Positions 1-9,946 of a DNA stretch of 64,000 nucleotides are shown here, piece after piece. Position 1 is the stretch's first letter. Each line of letters opens with the position of its first letter. The translations under genes were made by a program, and so were the position numbers. The notes beneath the pieces were generated by a model. That model made no database searches, was not told the DNA's origin, and saw only the letters and a program-made list of their open reading frames with translations. Origin of the DNA: Candidatus Omnitrophota bacterium (GTDB lineage Bacteria > Ratteibacteria > UBA8468 > MWAK01); the NCBI GenBank assembly GCA_043826355.1, contig JBDRQI010000030.1, positions 44,102-108,101 of the forward strand. Direction: 5' to 3'.

Positions 1-337
1 TGTGAAATATAGACTCGATAAACATAAATTGACCAATATAAGTTTTATAAATGTTTTTGATTATAACCAGGAGAACATCGCAGACGGCGTTATATGCCTT
101 GATGTTTTGGAACATTTACCGAATTCTTCCGATATTTTTATAAATAAAATTTCGCCGGTTTTAAAAAGAGGCGGAGTTCTTTTCATGAGGGCACCCTGGA
201 GAGGCCAGCTGACTCATATCGGTGGGGCGGCAGATAATTTTTATCGGGCAGGTGGGAGAAAGTTTTTGGGTAGGAATTTCAGGGAATTGTACAGATTAAA
301 CCCCCTGGATATTAATTGTGTGTACAGGAAAAAATAA
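1..337 (+). CDS. Class I SAM-dependent methyltransferase, 5'-truncated by the window edge
   Basis: Motifs 'DGVICLDVLEHL' and 'VLKRGGVLF' are typical of the C-terminal half of Methyltransf_11/23 proteins. Confidence 0.7.
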   Translation, partial: VKYRLDKHKLTNISFINVFDYNQENIADGVICLDVLEHLPNSSDIFINKISPVLKRGGVLFMRAPWRGQLTHIGGAADNFYRAGGRKFLGRNFRELYRLNPLDINCVYRKK

Positions 338-454
338 TATTATGCGTGTTTTAATTTGTCCCACAAATATTCTGTGGACTAATACGCCTGAAATACGATT
401 AGAACGGATGTGACATTCCTGGCCGGGTTTATCCATTTAAGCACGTTTAACATT

Positions 455-1405
455 ATGAAAATCGGTTTTTATATTTGCTGGAATAAAGGTTCGCTTGAAG
501 GTTCGGGTAATGTTTTGGGCGACGAGCTTTTTGCCGAATCCATGTGCCGGTTTTTAGGGCGCATAAAGACCGTTAAAAACTGCAAGGTTTATGCTCCCAA
601 CGATCTGCCTTCGGGAAAACTGGACCTGATGGTTTATTTGAATGATACTCCGCCTAATCCAGGCTGGGCTGGAAAGCATTTGCTTTATATTCAGAACGCG
701 CGGCCGGAAGGAGCAGATAAATTTTTACGAGAGTTCCATAAGTTAGGTTACGACGGTTATGCTTTTGTTTCCAGCCGGCTCCTGGAAATACACAAAAAGA
801 CGGGTCGTGACGGTATCTATCTACCCTTTGGAGTTGATACGGAATTCTTCTATCCCAGGCAGCAGGACCGTAGTTATGTTTTTGAGGTCGCCTATGTCGG
901 CAATGACATCAAAGGAGAACAGCGGACGCTGCGTTATCTGTATCCGGCCGTGGATTTTAATTTTGGACTTTACGGAACCTGGAATTCATTCCGTCGGTTT
1001 CAATTCTGGAAAAACCGGCCGTACCAGGCGAAGTTTTTTAGAATTTCAAAAGGGAAAATTCCTCAGAATGATGTGCCTGTTTTGTATTCAAGCGCGAAAA
1101 TAAATTTAAACTGCACCGCCCAGGACTGTGTTGACTGGGATGTTATAACCCTGAGAACTTTGGAAGTTTTGGCCTGCGGGGGTTTTCTTATAACAGACAA
1201 GGTTCCGATGGCCGAGAAGGAACTCAGTGACTGCGTCGTGTTTACCGAAGGCGGCGCTGATTTAACTGAAAAGATAAAGTATTATCTCGCCAACGCGGTG
1301 GAGCGGAAGAGAGTGTCCGGCAACGGTTATGAGTATGTTCTTAAGCGCGCTTCTTTAAAAGTTCGCATGGATGCATTGTATCGGTATGTTGATTCGATAT
1401 TATGA
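455..1405 (+). CDS. CgeB-like glycosyltransferase (Glyco_trans_1_2)
   Basis: 'YSSAKINLN...RTLEVLACGGFLITD...KIKYYL' C-terminal motif. ATG at 455 (MKIGFY) is preferred over the ORF-track start. Confidence 0.8.
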   Translation: MKIGFYICWNKGSLEGSGNVLGDELFAESMCRFLGRIKTVKNCKVYAPNDLPSGKLDLMVYLNDTPPNPGWAGKHLLYIQNARPEGADKFLREFHKLGYDGYAFVSSRLLEIHKKTGRDGIYLPFGVDTEFFYPRQQDRSYVFEVAYVGNDIKGEQRTLRYLYPAVDFNFGLYGTWNSFRRFQFWKNRPYQAKFFRISKGKIPQNDVPVLYSSAKINLNCTAQDCVDWDVITLRTLEVLACGGFLITDKVPMAEKELSDCVVFTEGGADLTEKIKYYLANAVERKRVSGNGYEYVLKRASLKVRMDALYRYVDSIL

Positions 1406-2763
1406 AAATATTATTTGTTAATCCGCCGGTTATCAGGTCGGCCAACTCCAAACCGGAAAATAATTTTAAAGTTGACGGTTTGGTGGTCAGCGGATTTTTG
1501 GGTAAGATACGCGGTCTAACCAGAATTATTCGCTTGGCAAACCGCATAGCCGGCAAAGAGATTAGGTATGGTGTAAGGGCCGGTTCGAGATGGCCGTGGA
1601 CAATGTCTTCCCCGCACGGGGGTCCACCCTACCCCTTTTTTATGGGATATTCGGCGGCGTTACTACAGGCGAATGGTTTTGAAACGGATATTTTTGATGC
1701 GGTTGTCAACAAAGAGTATAATTACCAACGCTTTTTGGAAAAAGTTGTAAATGCAAAATCCGATATTGCCGTTATCGAATGCTCTACACCTACCATTGAT
1801 ATTGATTTGTGGTTTGCTGAAAAATTAGCAAATTTTACCGAAGTGGCTTTAGCCGGTCACCACCTTGTTCAAGAAGCCGAAAATCTACAGCGGAAAAATC
1901 CGTGCATACGATACCTTCTCAAGGGAGAATATATATTGAGTTCATTAAAAATGGCCAAAACAAAGAGAAAAGGAATATACGAACCCGAAGTGGTTAAAGA
2001 AATAGATGCCATTCCTTTTCCATTCAGAAATTTTAGAGGGGGGGAATGCTATTATGACCCAACTATGCCCACCAAAAGGCCGCAACTGCAAATATACGGC
2101 AGCAAAGGTTGTCCTTTCAAGTGTACATTTTGCGCCTGGCCGCAAACGATGTATTTTGGTAATGTTTCACTGAGAGACCCAAAAAAGATTTCAGAAGAGA
2201 TTAAGGAAGCAGTGAAACTACACGGATACAAAAGCATCTTTTTCGATGATGACACATTTAATCTTGGCACAGATAGGATTGCTACACTGTGCGATTGTCT
2301 TAAGAAGATTGGTTTACCATGGACGATGATGGGCAGACTTGATTGTTCTCCTGTTTGGCTTTATGATAAGATGGTTGTCAGCGGGTGTGTGGGTATGCGT
2401 TTTGGCATCGAAACATTTGATCTGGAAATATTAAAGAAAGTTAAAAAGGGCATAGAAAAAAAAGATTTTTTGGCAATATTGAAGAATATCACGGCCAAGT
2501 TTCCACACGTAATGATTCATTTGACCATGATGAAAGATATGCCTGGCATGACGGACGAGATGCATAACCACGATATGAAAATCCTGAAAGAACTCGGTTA
2601 CGCTACGAATAACATAATGCGAAGCTATCAACTTTCACAATGCGTACCATTTCCCGGAACTGAAATGTACCGGGAATTGGCTGGAAAATATGGTGCAGAA
2701 ACATTAAATGAGTATCGTTTGTATGATGGTGGGCAAGAAACAGTTATGAAAAATATAAAATAA
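1402..2763 (+). CDS. B12-binding radical SAM protein
   Basis: CxxxCxxC (CPFKCTFC), 'FFDDDTF', 'FGIET' and 'PFPGT' motifs, with an N-terminal cobalamin-binding-like 'MKILFVNPP' domain. Confidence 0.85.
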   Translation: MKILFVNPPVIRSANSKPENNFKVDGLVVSGFLGKIRGLTRIIRLANRIAGKEIRYGVRAGSRWPWTMSSPHGGPPYPFFMGYSAALLQANGFETDIFDAVVNKEYNYQRFLEKVVNAKSDIAVIECSTPTIDIDLWFAEKLANFTEVALAGHHLVQEAENLQRKNPCIRYLLKGEYILSSLKMAKTKRKGIYEPEVVKEIDAIPFPFRNFRGGECYYDPTMPTKRPQLQIYGSKGCPFKCTFCAWPQTMYFGNVSLRDPKKISEEIKEAVKLHGYKSIFFDDDTFNLGTDRIATLCDCLKKIGLPWTMMGRLDCSPVWLYDKMVVSGCVGMRFGIETFDLEILKKVKKGIEKKDFLAILKNITAKFPHVMIHLTMMKDMPGMTDEMHNHDMKILKELGYATNNIMRSYQLSQCVPFPGTEMYRELAGKYGAETLNEYRLYDGGQETVMKNIK

Positions 2764-3608
2764 TGAAAGTAGCAATCATTGGCGCGTCGGGCTTTATCGG
2801 CGGTTATCTGTTTAACTTTTTTGAAAAAGAACGGTTTGATACGGTGGGTACATATTTCAGACATTATAATAACTCAAAATATATCCATTTGGATGCAACC
2901 AATTTTGATACCGTAAGCGATTTTGTTTTTTCTGAAAAACCTGATTTTTTGATTCTGACCGCCGCCAATAAAAACGTTCAAGATTGTGAAGTAAACCACG
3001 AACAGGCGTATCAAATTAACGTGAAACCTATTGAAAATATAGTTAAATGCTTAAGTCGCAGTGATACTTTGACTAAATCGATATTTTTTTCATCGGACTA
3101 TGTTTTTGATGGTGAGCGGGGAAATTATCATGACAATGATATACCAAACCCTACCACGAACTACGGAAAGACAAAATTAATTGCAGAGAAAATTTTGCTA
3201 ACGTCAAGTTTAGATTTTAAAATAGTCAGAACCTCTGCGGTTATTGGCAGCGGAAGTCAGTTTTACGATTGGCTGTTGAACGAACTTCAATCTAAACCCG
3301 GAATAAATGCCTTTTCTAATGTATTTTTTACACCAACTCCAATCGACGTGCTTTTAAACGGTATTTTATGTTTAATGAATAATTGGGCAAAAATAGGGCA
3401 AAAGACACTTCATATAGTTGGTAACCGAAAAATGAGCAGATATGAATTCTGTTTGGGCGTAAAAAATTTGTCAAAAAAATATTTGGCCAAAATTATTGCA
3501 GAAGAAGTAGATTTTTCAAAAGTCACTTTAAAAAAGGATTTGTCACTCATTTGTTCGGATGCTTTTTCGCAAAATAACTGCAGGATAATTTTTGATTATT
3601 TGGAATAA
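2763..3608 (+). CDS. RmlD-family NDP-4-keto-sugar reductase (SDR)
   Basis: GASGFIG Rossmann motif, 'SSDYVFDG' and YGKTK (YxxxK). Confidence 0.85.
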   Translation: MKVAIIGASGFIGGYLFNFFEKERFDTVGTYFRHYNNSKYIHLDATNFDTVSDFVFSEKPDFLILTAANKNVQDCEVNHEQAYQINVKPIENIVKCLSRSDTLTKSIFFSSDYVFDGERGNYHDNDIPNPTTNYGKTKLIAEKILLTSSLDFKIVRTSAVIGSGSQFYDWLLNELQSKPGINAFSNVFFTPTPIDVLLNGILCLMNNWAKIGQKTLHIVGNRKMSRYEFCLGVKNLSKKYLAKIIAEEVDFSKVTLKKDLSLICSDAFSQNNCRIIFDYLE

Positions 3609-3619
3609 AGGAGATTACT

Positions 3620-4003
3620 TTGCTCACGTTTATCAAAAGATATTTTTTGCATAAGGATGATAAGGGAAGCCTGGAGGGGCTTGTAAATTTTGGAAACTGG
3701 CGAGAATTTAACATGATATACTCAGAAGAAGGGAGTATCAGGGGAAATCACTTTCATAAAGACACGGCAGAGTTGTTTATAATTTTGGGAGGCGAAATTG
3801 AAGTACGGGTTCAAAGGGTGGCAGGCGGGCTATTGGTTGGAGAATCTCAAAAGTTTCTTGTTCAAAAAGGGGATGTGTTTATGATTGAGGCAGAAATAAA
3901 TCATGTTTTTAAAGTAAAAAAACAGAGCAACTGGATAAATGTGCTTTCTAAAGCAATTAATAAAAACAATCCAGACATTCACAGAGCCAATATATTGAAA
4001 TGA
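3620..4003 (+). CDS. Cupin-fold sugar isomerase (WxcM/FdtA-like)
   Basis: 'RGNHFHK...ELF' cupin motif. RBS AAGGAG precedes a TTG start. Confidence 0.7.
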   Translation: MLTFIKRYFLHKDDKGSLEGLVNFGNWREFNMIYSEEGSIRGNHFHKDTAELFIILGGEIEVRVQRVAGGLLVGESQKFLVQKGDVFMIEAEINHVFKVKKQSNWINVLSKAINKNNPDIHRANILK

Positions 4004-4034
4004 TGCGCAATACCCAACGCTCCCAAGCCTTCAA

Positions 4035-4967
4035 ATGACTGAAAACATATTTGTTTCAAACCATTCGCTTAAAACAGCGGTGTTATTTCTGGTATTTAAC
4101 CGACCTGATGCAACAAGGCTGGTCTTTGCCGAAATAAGAAAAGCCCGGCCTGAAAAACTATATATTGCTGCGGATGGCCCCAGAAAAGACAGGGCAGGGG
4201 AATTCGAAAATTGCCGGGCGGCAAGAGAAGTTGTCGGCCAAATTGACTGGGAATGCGAAGTGCACACTCTTTTCCGGGAAGAAAATCTTGGTTGCAGGAT
4301 GGCCGTGAGTTCCGCAATCGACTGGTTCTTTCAAGATGTGGAGGAGGGCATAATTTTAGAGGATGACTGCCTGCCTAACCAATCTTTTTTCTTGTTTTGC
4401 CGGGAATTGCTGGTAAAATACCGGAATGATACCCGAATAATGCATATTGGCGGGGTCAATTTTCAATTCGGGTGCGTTAGGGGTGATGGTAGTTACTATT
4501 TTTCCGGATATAGTCATATTTGGGGATGGGCAACCTGGAGGCGGGCCTGGGTTTATTACGACGTAAAGATGAAAATGTGGCCCAGGTTTCGGGAACAGAA
4601 CCAAATTGCCAATTTATTGAAAGACAGGTCAACCCAGCGATACTGGCTGAAATATTTCCAGGCAGCCTACGAAGGTAAAATAGATACCTGGGATTATCAG
4701 TGGATGCTCGCTGTCTGGAGTCAAAACGGTCTCACTATTCTGCCCAGCGTAAACCTTGTTTCCAATATAGGATTTGGAAAAGGCGCAGCACACGCTACTA
4801 ATAAAAACGATAGGTTTGCCAATATGGAAACCGGTAATATATCTGAAATTATTCATCCTTCTTTCGTCATCACGAACAAAGAAGCCGACATGTTTACTTT
4901 CAAGACGCACTTTCAACGCACTCTTTTTGCCAGGGTGAAGAATAAAATGAAAAATATCTGCAGATGA
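4035..4967 (+). CDS. GT2-like nucleotide-diphospho-sugar transferase
   Basis: 'FNRP', 'IAADGPR', 'IILEDDC', 'WGWATWRRAW' and 'DTWDYQW' motifs. Confidence 0.85.
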   Translation: MTENIFVSNHSLKTAVLFLVFNRPDATRLVFAEIRKARPEKLYIAADGPRKDRAGEFENCRAAREVVGQIDWECEVHTLFREENLGCRMAVSSAIDWFFQDVEEGIILEDDCLPNQSFFLFCRELLVKYRNDTRIMHIGGVNFQFGCVRGDGSYYFSGYSHIWGWATWRRAWVYYDVKMKMWPRFREQNQIANLLKDRSTQRYWLKYFQAAYEGKIDTWDYQWMLAVWSQNGLTILPSVNLVSNIGFGKGAAHATNKNDRFANMETGNISEIIHPSFVITNKEADMFTFKTHFQRTLFARVKNKMKNICR

Positions 4968-5743
4968 ATTGTGAAATTTGCGGTTCAAAGACGGGTGTAA
5001 TTTTTAAGGCCAGAATTTTAAATAAATACCTCATAGACTGTTATTTTTGTGAAAAGTGCCGGTTTTTACGAACCGAAAAGCCTTTCTGGCTGAATGAATC
5101 TTACCTGGAATCAATAAACATTTATGATACCGGTGTTCTGGAAAGGAATATTGCTTTGTCAAAAATAACCGCCGCAATTTTATTTTTTTTATTTGATAAA
5201 AATGCAAAATATCTTGATTTTGGCGGAGGATATGGAATATTAACCAGGTTGATGAGAGATACCGGGTTTGATTTTTACTGGCAGGATCCTTATACCCGGA
5301 ATTTAACGGCAAAAGGATTTGAATATAATGAAAGTGTTAAAAATATCAGAGGCATAACTTGTTTTGAGACGTTCGAACATTTTACCGGGCCCATAAAAGA
5401 ATTAGAAAGTATGTTGCGAATATCAAAAAATATTCTGTTTTCAACCGAACTTCTGCCCGGTATCATTCCGCCAATTAACCGGTGGCCGTATTATGGATTT
5501 GAACACGGACAGCACGTATCTTTTTATTCGTTTAAATCATTGGAATGCATTGCCAAAAAATACGGGCTAAACCTGTATTCGACCGGAAGTATCCATTTGT
5601 TTACCGAGCAGCGTTTTAATCCGCCGGTATTTAAAATGATTGTAAAATTGGCCGGCCGCGGCCTGTCTGTTTTTGTAAAAAAAATGATGAAAAGTAAAAC
5701 TTCCAGTGACCGGCGGGATTTGATAATAAAAAACAAAAGATAG
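4964..5743 (+). CDS. Class I SAM-dependent methyltransferase with N-terminal Zn ribbon
   Basis: CxxC...CxxC N-terminus, 'LDFGGGYG' and 'FETFEHF'. Confidence 0.8.
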   Translation: MNCEICGSKTGVIFKARILNKYLIDCYFCEKCRFLRTEKPFWLNESYLESINIYDTGVLERNIALSKITAAILFFLFDKNAKYLDFGGGYGILTRLMRDTGFDFYWQDPYTRNLTAKGFEYNESVKNIRGITCFETFEHFTGPIKELESMLRISKNILFSTELLPGIIPPINRWPYYGFEHGQHVSFYSFKSLECIAKKYGLNLYSTGSIHLFTEQRFNPPVFKMIVKLAGRGLSVFVKKMMKSKTSSDRRDLIIKNKR

Positions 5744-5869
5744 CCTGACAATTGTTTGTACCAGCGCCGAAGTATTGTTCCGATTAAAAAATCCTGAAGG
5801 AAACCGGCCGGCAACCGGAAATCTCTCTGGAACAAAGCCTTAACGATATTCTCCGTTGCGGCGGGAAGA

Positions 5870-7009
5870 ATGAAAATTCTGTATGATTTTCAAGCGTTTT
5901 CCATACAAAGGTTTGGCGGCGTCTCCCGTTATTTCTGTGAATTGATAAACCATTTTGGAGACGACCCGGACCTGGTGTGGGAATTGCCGATTAGGTGGAG
6001 TGATAACGAATACCTGTGTAATTTAAAGAAATCGGATGGAGGCGCTGAAGGTGTCACCGGTTCCTGCCGGGGTTTTTTGAAAAGGTTAAATTTTCGGGGT
6101 AAGCGGCGGATGTACCAATTGAAAAACAGGCCATGGGCGATAGAGCGGATTCGGACGAGTGAGTACGATATTTTTCACCCGACATTTTATGACGATTATT
6201 TTCTGAAATATCTTTTTACTAAACCGTTTGTCCTGACTATCCATGATATGATTCATGAGATTTACCCTGATTTTTTTTCGCCGGCCGACCCTACTTCAAA
6301 TCGCAAGAAAATATTGGTCCAAAAAGCAACCCGGATCATCGCAATTTCTAAAACGACCAAGAAAGACCTGATTGATGTTTTCAAGGTACCCGAAGACAAG
6401 ATAACCGTTATCTACCACGGAAATTCCCTGGCCGCTGACGTAAAACCAGTCGATTTCCAGCCAATAAAAAATTTGCCCATTCCGTATCTTCTTTTCGTTG
6501 GCGCCCGTGTGGGATACAAAAATTTTTACTTTTTTCTCCGCTCGATAGCTGCCTTATTGCTGGCAAATCCGGAACTACGGGTAGTTTGTGCCGGCAGTGT
6601 TTTTACGGCTGAAGAAAATCGGTTTTTTAAAAGCCTGGGCCTAACCGGTAGAATTCGACAATATGCGGTTGATGATGCCTGTCTGACTTATCTCTATCAG
6701 AATGCAAGGGCTTTTGTTTTCCCTTCTCTTTACGAAGGGTTCGGTTTTCCGGTGCTTGAGGCTTTCAGCTGTGGCTGTCCGGCAATTCTGAGTATGGCCG
6801 GTTCTTTGCCGGAAATCGGCGGTGATGCGGCTATTTATTTTGACCCGAAAGATGGTTACGCCATCCGGGAAGCAGTCTCCCGCGTAATTGGCGACGAAGA
6901 CATCCGAAAGGAATTAATCCGGAAAGGAAAGACCCGGGCTAATGATTTTTCCTGGGAGAAGACCGCCCGGATGACCAAACAGGTATACGCAGAGGTTTTG
7001 GCTTGTTGA
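5870..7009 (+). CDS. GT4 glycosyltransferase
   Basis: 'FPSLYEGFGFPVLEA' GT4 signature. Confidence 0.9.
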   Translation: MKILYDFQAFSIQRFGGVSRYFCELINHFGDDPDLVWELPIRWSDNEYLCNLKKSDGGAEGVTGSCRGFLKRLNFRGKRRMYQLKNRPWAIERIRTSEYDIFHPTFYDDYFLKYLFTKPFVLTIHDMIHEIYPDFFSPADPTSNRKKILVQKATRIIAISKTTKKDLIDVFKVPEDKITVIYHGNSLAADVKPVDFQPIKNLPIPYLLFVGARVGYKNFYFFLRSIAALLLANPELRVVCAGSVFTAEENRFFKSLGLTGRIRQYAVDDACLTYLYQNARAFVFPSLYEGFGFPVLEAFSCGCPAILSMAGSLPEIGGDAAIYFDPKDGYAIREAVSRVIGDEDIRKELIRKGKTRANDFSWEKTARMTKQVYAEVLAC

Positions 7010-7066
7010 AACCCCAAAAGGAACATTCAGGGCAATTATCGCAGCAGTAACACAGGAGAAGGTTCA

Positions 7067-7783
7067 ATGAAGTCTTTTATCAGGCGTTTAATTCGGTTTT
7101 TCGGATTCGAGCTTCGGCGTTATAATCCCGTTTCTTCAGAATCCTGCCGGCTGATGAGGATGCTTTCGGCGCACAAGGTAAATTTGGTATTGGATGTGGG
7201 CGCTAATACCGGTCAATTCGGCCGGTTTTTGCGTGATGCCGGTTATGGTGGTCGCATCGTTTCTTTTGAACCGCTTTGCGCCGCGTGGGAACAATTGTCG
7301 GAAGCCGCTCGAAAAGACTCCCGGTGGGAGGTCGCCCCCCGTGCCGCAATTGGCAGCGAAAACGGCGAAATTGAAATTCATGTAGCCGGCAACAAGGAGA
7401 GCAGTTCGGTGCTGAAGATGCTTGATTCTCACGCAAATAACGCACCGGAATCGCGTTATGTCGGAAGCGAACGGGTATCGTTGCGTCGGCTGGATTCGCT
7501 TGCGCCGGATTACCTCAGTCCGGATTCGGTGGTCTTCCTGAAGATAGATGCTCAGGGTTATGAGGACCGCATACTGCAGGGTGCAACCGGATTACTGGGC
7601 CGGATTGCCGGAATGCAGCTTGAGTTGTCCCTGGTCCAGTTGTATGAGGGGCAGCGGTTGTTTGATGACCTGCTGGCTGAGGTTAAAGAACGGGGGTTTA
7701 ATTTATGGTCAATTCGGCCGGTTTTTATTGAGCAGAACAGCGGTCGTTTGCTTCAGGTTGATGCGACTTTGTTCCGTCGTTGA
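7067..7783 (+). CDS. FkbM-family methyltransferase
   Basis: 'DVGANTGQF', 'SFEP' and 'LKIDAQGYE' motifs. Confidence 0.9.
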   Translation: MKSFIRRLIRFFGFELRRYNPVSSESCRLMRMLSAHKVNLVLDVGANTGQFGRFLRDAGYGGRIVSFEPLCAAWEQLSEAARKDSRWEVAPRAAIGSENGEIEIHVAGNKESSSVLKMLDSHANNAPESRYVGSERVSLRRLDSLAPDYLSPDSVVFLKIDAQGYEDRILQGATGLLGRIAGMQLELSLVQLYEGQRLFDDLLAEVKERGFNLWSIRPVFIEQNSGRLLQVDATLFRR

Positions 7784-8599
7784 ATGGAAAATAAAACAAC
7801 TGCACAGGTTGAGCCGCTGGTAAGTGTGGTTACCGTTTGCCTGAATAGCGAGAAGTATCTTGAGCAGACTATTGAAAGCGTAATCGGGCAGACCTATCAA
7901 AACATTGAATACATCATCATTGACGGCGGATCCACCGACGGAACCCTGGATATCATCAAGAGACACCGGGACCGCGTCGCTTATTGGGTCAGCGAGCCGG
8001 ACCAGGGGCTTTATGATGCCATGAACAAGGGCATTGCCCGGGCGAAGGGGAAACTGGTGGGAATCCTTAACAGCGACGACTATTATCAGCCGAATGCGGT
8101 GGAGGTTATCGTTAAAGAATTCCGGAAAGACAATGAGGCGGGCGTTTTTTCTGGAGAATTATTATTTTTGGTAGCTGGACCGAAATCCAAGATTCAATGG
8201 CGGCGAAGATTAGCCGGGCTGGGAACTTTCGGGCAGGAAGTCGTTCATCCAGCCATGTTCGTCAAAAAAGAGATATATCAAAAATTTAAATATGATTTAA
8301 GATACAAGCTTGAAGCGGATGTGGATTTCGTTTATAAGCTTTACTTTAACAGGGTTAAATTTCATACCTGCCCGGATTTAATAGCTGTTTTTCGTGTCGG
8401 CGGCATCAGCAAATCTTACCGGTCGTTGATCGATAGTTTTATGATTCGCAATAAATATTTCAGCTTAAAATTTTTACCCAAAAACATCACCATTCTTTTT
8501 ATTCGGTCAATTAATTGGAGCATAAAAAAGTTTATTTTGAAAAATAATTTTAACCATCCATTATTAAATTGGTACCGTAAATACCGAAAGTTAATTTGA
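7784..8599 (+). CDS. GT2 glycosyltransferase
   Basis: 'IIDGGSTDGT', 'GLYDAMNKG' and 'LNSDD' motifs. Confidence 0.9.
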   Translation: MENKTTAQVEPLVSVVTVCLNSEKYLEQTIESVIGQTYQNIEYIIIDGGSTDGTLDIIKRHRDRVAYWVSEPDQGLYDAMNKGIARAKGKLVGILNSDDYYQPNAVEVIVKEFRKDNEAGVFSGELLFLVAGPKSKIQWRRRLAGLGTFGQEVVHPAMFVKKEIYQKFKYDLRYKLEADVDFVYKLYFNRVKFHTCPDLIAVFRVGGISKSYRSLIDSFMIRNKYFSLKFLPKNITILFIRSINWSIKKFILKNNFNHPLLNWYRKYRKLI

Positions 8600-8701
8600 C
8601 TCGTATGGGTAATTGGAAAACTCAGAAAATTGCGGCTGATGCGGAAAAATCGGGGAAATGATATTATAAGCGTTCGCAGTTATGCTGAAAACGGAGATTT
8701 T

Positions 8702-9946
8702 ATGCAATCGAACGGCAAGAAACTACTGATAATTTTTTTGCTTGCCCTGTCGTTAAGGTTTGCCTGGATCGCCACCCTGAATAATACCGTTGATGAGTGG
8801 AAGGAAGAAGGCGTTAAAGAGGCGGCCTGGTCCATTATTGAGGGCAGGGGTTATTCCATGCCCCGTTCCGCAATAGGTTATCCGGGCACAGAGCCACCCC
8901 TTTATTCTTTAAGGGAACCGCTTCTCAGTTTTTTTCTGGTGCCTGTTTTTTTTCTTTTCGGTGAGAATTATCTCGTTGTTAAGTTTTTGCTGGCAATTTT
9001 GGGAAGTCTCGCGGCCGTTTTGCTCTACAAGTTGGGAAAGGAGATTTTTGACTCGGAAAAGATAGCATTAACTGCCGCATTTGCAACTGCTTTTTTACCG
9101 GAATTAATTTATTGGAATGGTCAGATAACCCCGGAAACCTTGAGTGTGTTTGTGCTTATTCTGCCGGTCTTGTTTTTAACCAGGAGCCTCAAAAACCCAT
9201 CCCGGAGTAATATCTTTTTATCCGGTTTTTTTCTCGCTCTGGCGGCGCTCACCAGGGCCCAGACGATTATCATGGCGCCGTTCTTGCTTCTTTCTTTCGT
9301 TCTGGTTCAGCGGCATCGGCTAAGAGCTTTTTGGAGTGCCTGCCTTATTTTTTTATTTTTCGCGCTTACTTTCTCTCCCTGGATTATTCGAAATTTTGCC
9401 ATCCACCACCGCTTAGTAGTCATTCCAACCACTACCGGGCAGGCTTTTTACGTCGCCAACAACCCCGGCACAATTAAGGAAATAAACAAGTCAGCCGGAA
9501 CTTTTCGCGGGGACGACTTGTCCCTATTTGAAGGAATGTCGGAAATCGATATTTATAACTGGTACCGGCGAGAAGCATTTCAGTTTATCTTTTCCCATCC
9601 GAAAGATTATCTCAGGCTGGTTGTCGACCGTTTCTTCCGGTTCTGGAGGTTTTATCCCCATATTGGTTTGGGCATCGAAGGCAGTCTTTACGGCATGGCT
9701 CATTTTTGGGCAAGTATTCTGACTTCAGGGGTGGTAATTATGCTCTGTGTTGTCGGCGGGATACTTTCCGTGAAAAACTGGCGCCAGAGCCTTCTTTTAC
9801 TGGTTCTGATCGTTTCATTTTCAACGATGACCATTTTGGGCCGGGTTGCCATTAGATACCGACTGCCGATTATGCCGTACGTCATTTTGTTTGCTTCTTA
9901 TGCTTTTTACCGTATTTTTCCGCGATTGGGAAAAGATTCTAAATAA
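8702..9946 (+). CDS. ArnT/PMT-like (GT-C) membrane glycosyltransferase
   Basis: Polytopic membrane protein with 'PWIIRN', 'NNP' and 'RYRLP' motifs. GGAG RBS precedes ATG 8702. Confidence 0.75.
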   Translation: MQSNGKKLLIIFLLALSLRFAWIATLNNTVDEWKEEGVKEAAWSIIEGRGYSMPRSAIGYPGTEPPLYSLREPLLSFFLVPVFFLFGENYLVVKFLLAILGSLAAVLLYKLGKEIFDSEKIALTAAFATAFLPELIYWNGQITPETLSVFVLILPVLFLTRSLKNPSRSNIFLSGFFLALAALTRAQTIIMAPFLLLSFVLVQRHRLRAFWSACLIFLFFALTFSPWIIRNFAIHHRLVVIPTTTGQAFYVANNPGTIKEINKSAGTFRGDDLSLFEGMSEIDIYNWYRREAFQFIFSHPKDYLRLVVDRFFRFWRFYPHIGLGIEGSLYGMAHFWASILTSGVVIMLCVVGGILSVKNWRQSLLLLVLIVSFSTMTILGRVAIRYRLPIMPYVILFASYAFYRIFPRLGKDSK

